A stretch of DNA of 64,000 nt from assembly GCA_017441825.1 (NCBI GenBank), contig JAFRVD010000029.1:20738-84737 (forward strand), written 5' to 3'. This stretch comes from Lachnospiraceae bacterium. GTDB lineage: Bacteria; Bacillota; Clostridia; Lachnospirales; Lachnospiraceae. Made by a program: the position numbers and the translations under genes. Positions 63,875 through 64,000 of the stretch are shown one piece after another (the first letter of the stretch is position 1; every line of letters begins with the position of its first letter). A model generated the notes under the pieces. It was not told where the DNA came from and made no database searches. It saw only the letters and a program-made list of their open reading frames with translations.

Positions 63875-64000
63875 TCACAGCTTCTCCCGGAGAAATAAGT
63901 CGACCATCGCGAGAGCTTCGTCACACTGGAAGCCGCCGTGGCCGTGATATGCCCCGTCCAGGCAGATCATTCTGACGTCCTTTCCGAGCGCCTTCATCTT
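63875..64000 (-). CDS. C-terminal fragment of an alpha/beta-hydrolase-like protein (runs off the window)
   Basis: Open minus-strand frame ..KMKALGKDVRMICLDGAYHGHGGFQCDEALAMVDLFLREKL-stop. The ..GxxHGF.. ending resembles the catalytic-His region of esterases. Weak evidence. Confidence 0.35.
   Translation of the reverse strand, partial: KMKALGKDVRMICLDGAYHGHGGFQCDEALAMVDLFLREKL

Noticed and set aside
1-64000. Mobile elements, prophage, toxin-antitoxin or known defence systems
   Set aside because: I recognise no integrase, transposase, recombinase, phage structural, restriction-modification, Cas, abortive-infection or toxin-antitoxin signatures in any frame. The only tRNA is not flanked by direct repeats. 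The window looks like core chromosome with metabolic accessory loci.

Overview
This window looks like ordinary chromosome from a GC-rich (by eye, not computed) Gram-positive anaerobe. The gene content is Clostridia-like, and AGGAGG-type ribosome-binding sites (RBSs) sit 5-10 nt before most starts. I can support about 58 protein-coding genes, one tRNA-Lys(CTT), several intrinsic terminators and a few sigma-70-like promoters. I recognise no rRNA, CRISPR array, transposase, integrase, phage gene or known defence gene.

Gene blocks, left to right:
- secA (N-terminus only), a DUF885 lipoprotein, trmB, tRNA-Lys, metG, galK and a HAD hydrolase.
- A LacI-regulated oligosaccharide locus: an LplABC-like ABC importer, a GH2 glycosidase and two esterases.
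- asnA, then a sugar-phosphate isomerase and a Gfo/Idh/MocA oxidoreductase.
- A membrane protein, a YozG-like HTH regulator and an exported protein, forming a triad.
- A CapD-like sugar dehydratase, a NahK-like kinase, a metallophosphoesterase and yvcK, with an rRNA methyltransferase transcribed divergently.
- An 8.6 kb run of 11 tightly packed minus-strand genes. It contains ccdA and tlpA, a KamA-type aminomutase with an ATP-grasp ligase and a PaaK/F390-type adenylating enzyme, an S51 peptidase, and a pncC-nadE-NMNAT NAD-salvage trio.
- A VanX-type dipeptidase with an OmpR/histidine-kinase pair, a MATE transporter fused to a GHKL-ATPase-like tail, and a PdxA-family dehydrogenase.
- A starch/maltodextrin locus: a LacI regulator, a surface lipoprotein, an alpha-amylase, a pullulanase, a long MsmK-type ATPase and MalEFG-like components.
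- An FAD oxidoreductase, a TetR regulator with an ABC-2 exporter, and a GT2 glycosyltransferase.

The best candidate for an undescribed system is the translationally coupled cassette at 32093-36241. It encodes a truncated KamA-type radical-SAM aminomutase that keeps lysine-type specificity residues, a non-canonical Ddl-like ATP-grasp ligase, an adenylate-forming enzyme and an S51 (cyanophycinase/PepE-family) peptidase. It has none of the known beta-lysine partner genes. I infer that it makes and turns over a beta-amino-acid-containing amide or isopeptide.

Secondary oddities are the MATE-GHKL fusion, an MsmK ATPase with a 253-aa C-terminal extension, acidic tandem repeats in a sensor kinase and in TlpA, and several repeated palindromic intergenic elements.

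All functional calls come from motif recognition by eye and recollection of the families. No database search was run.
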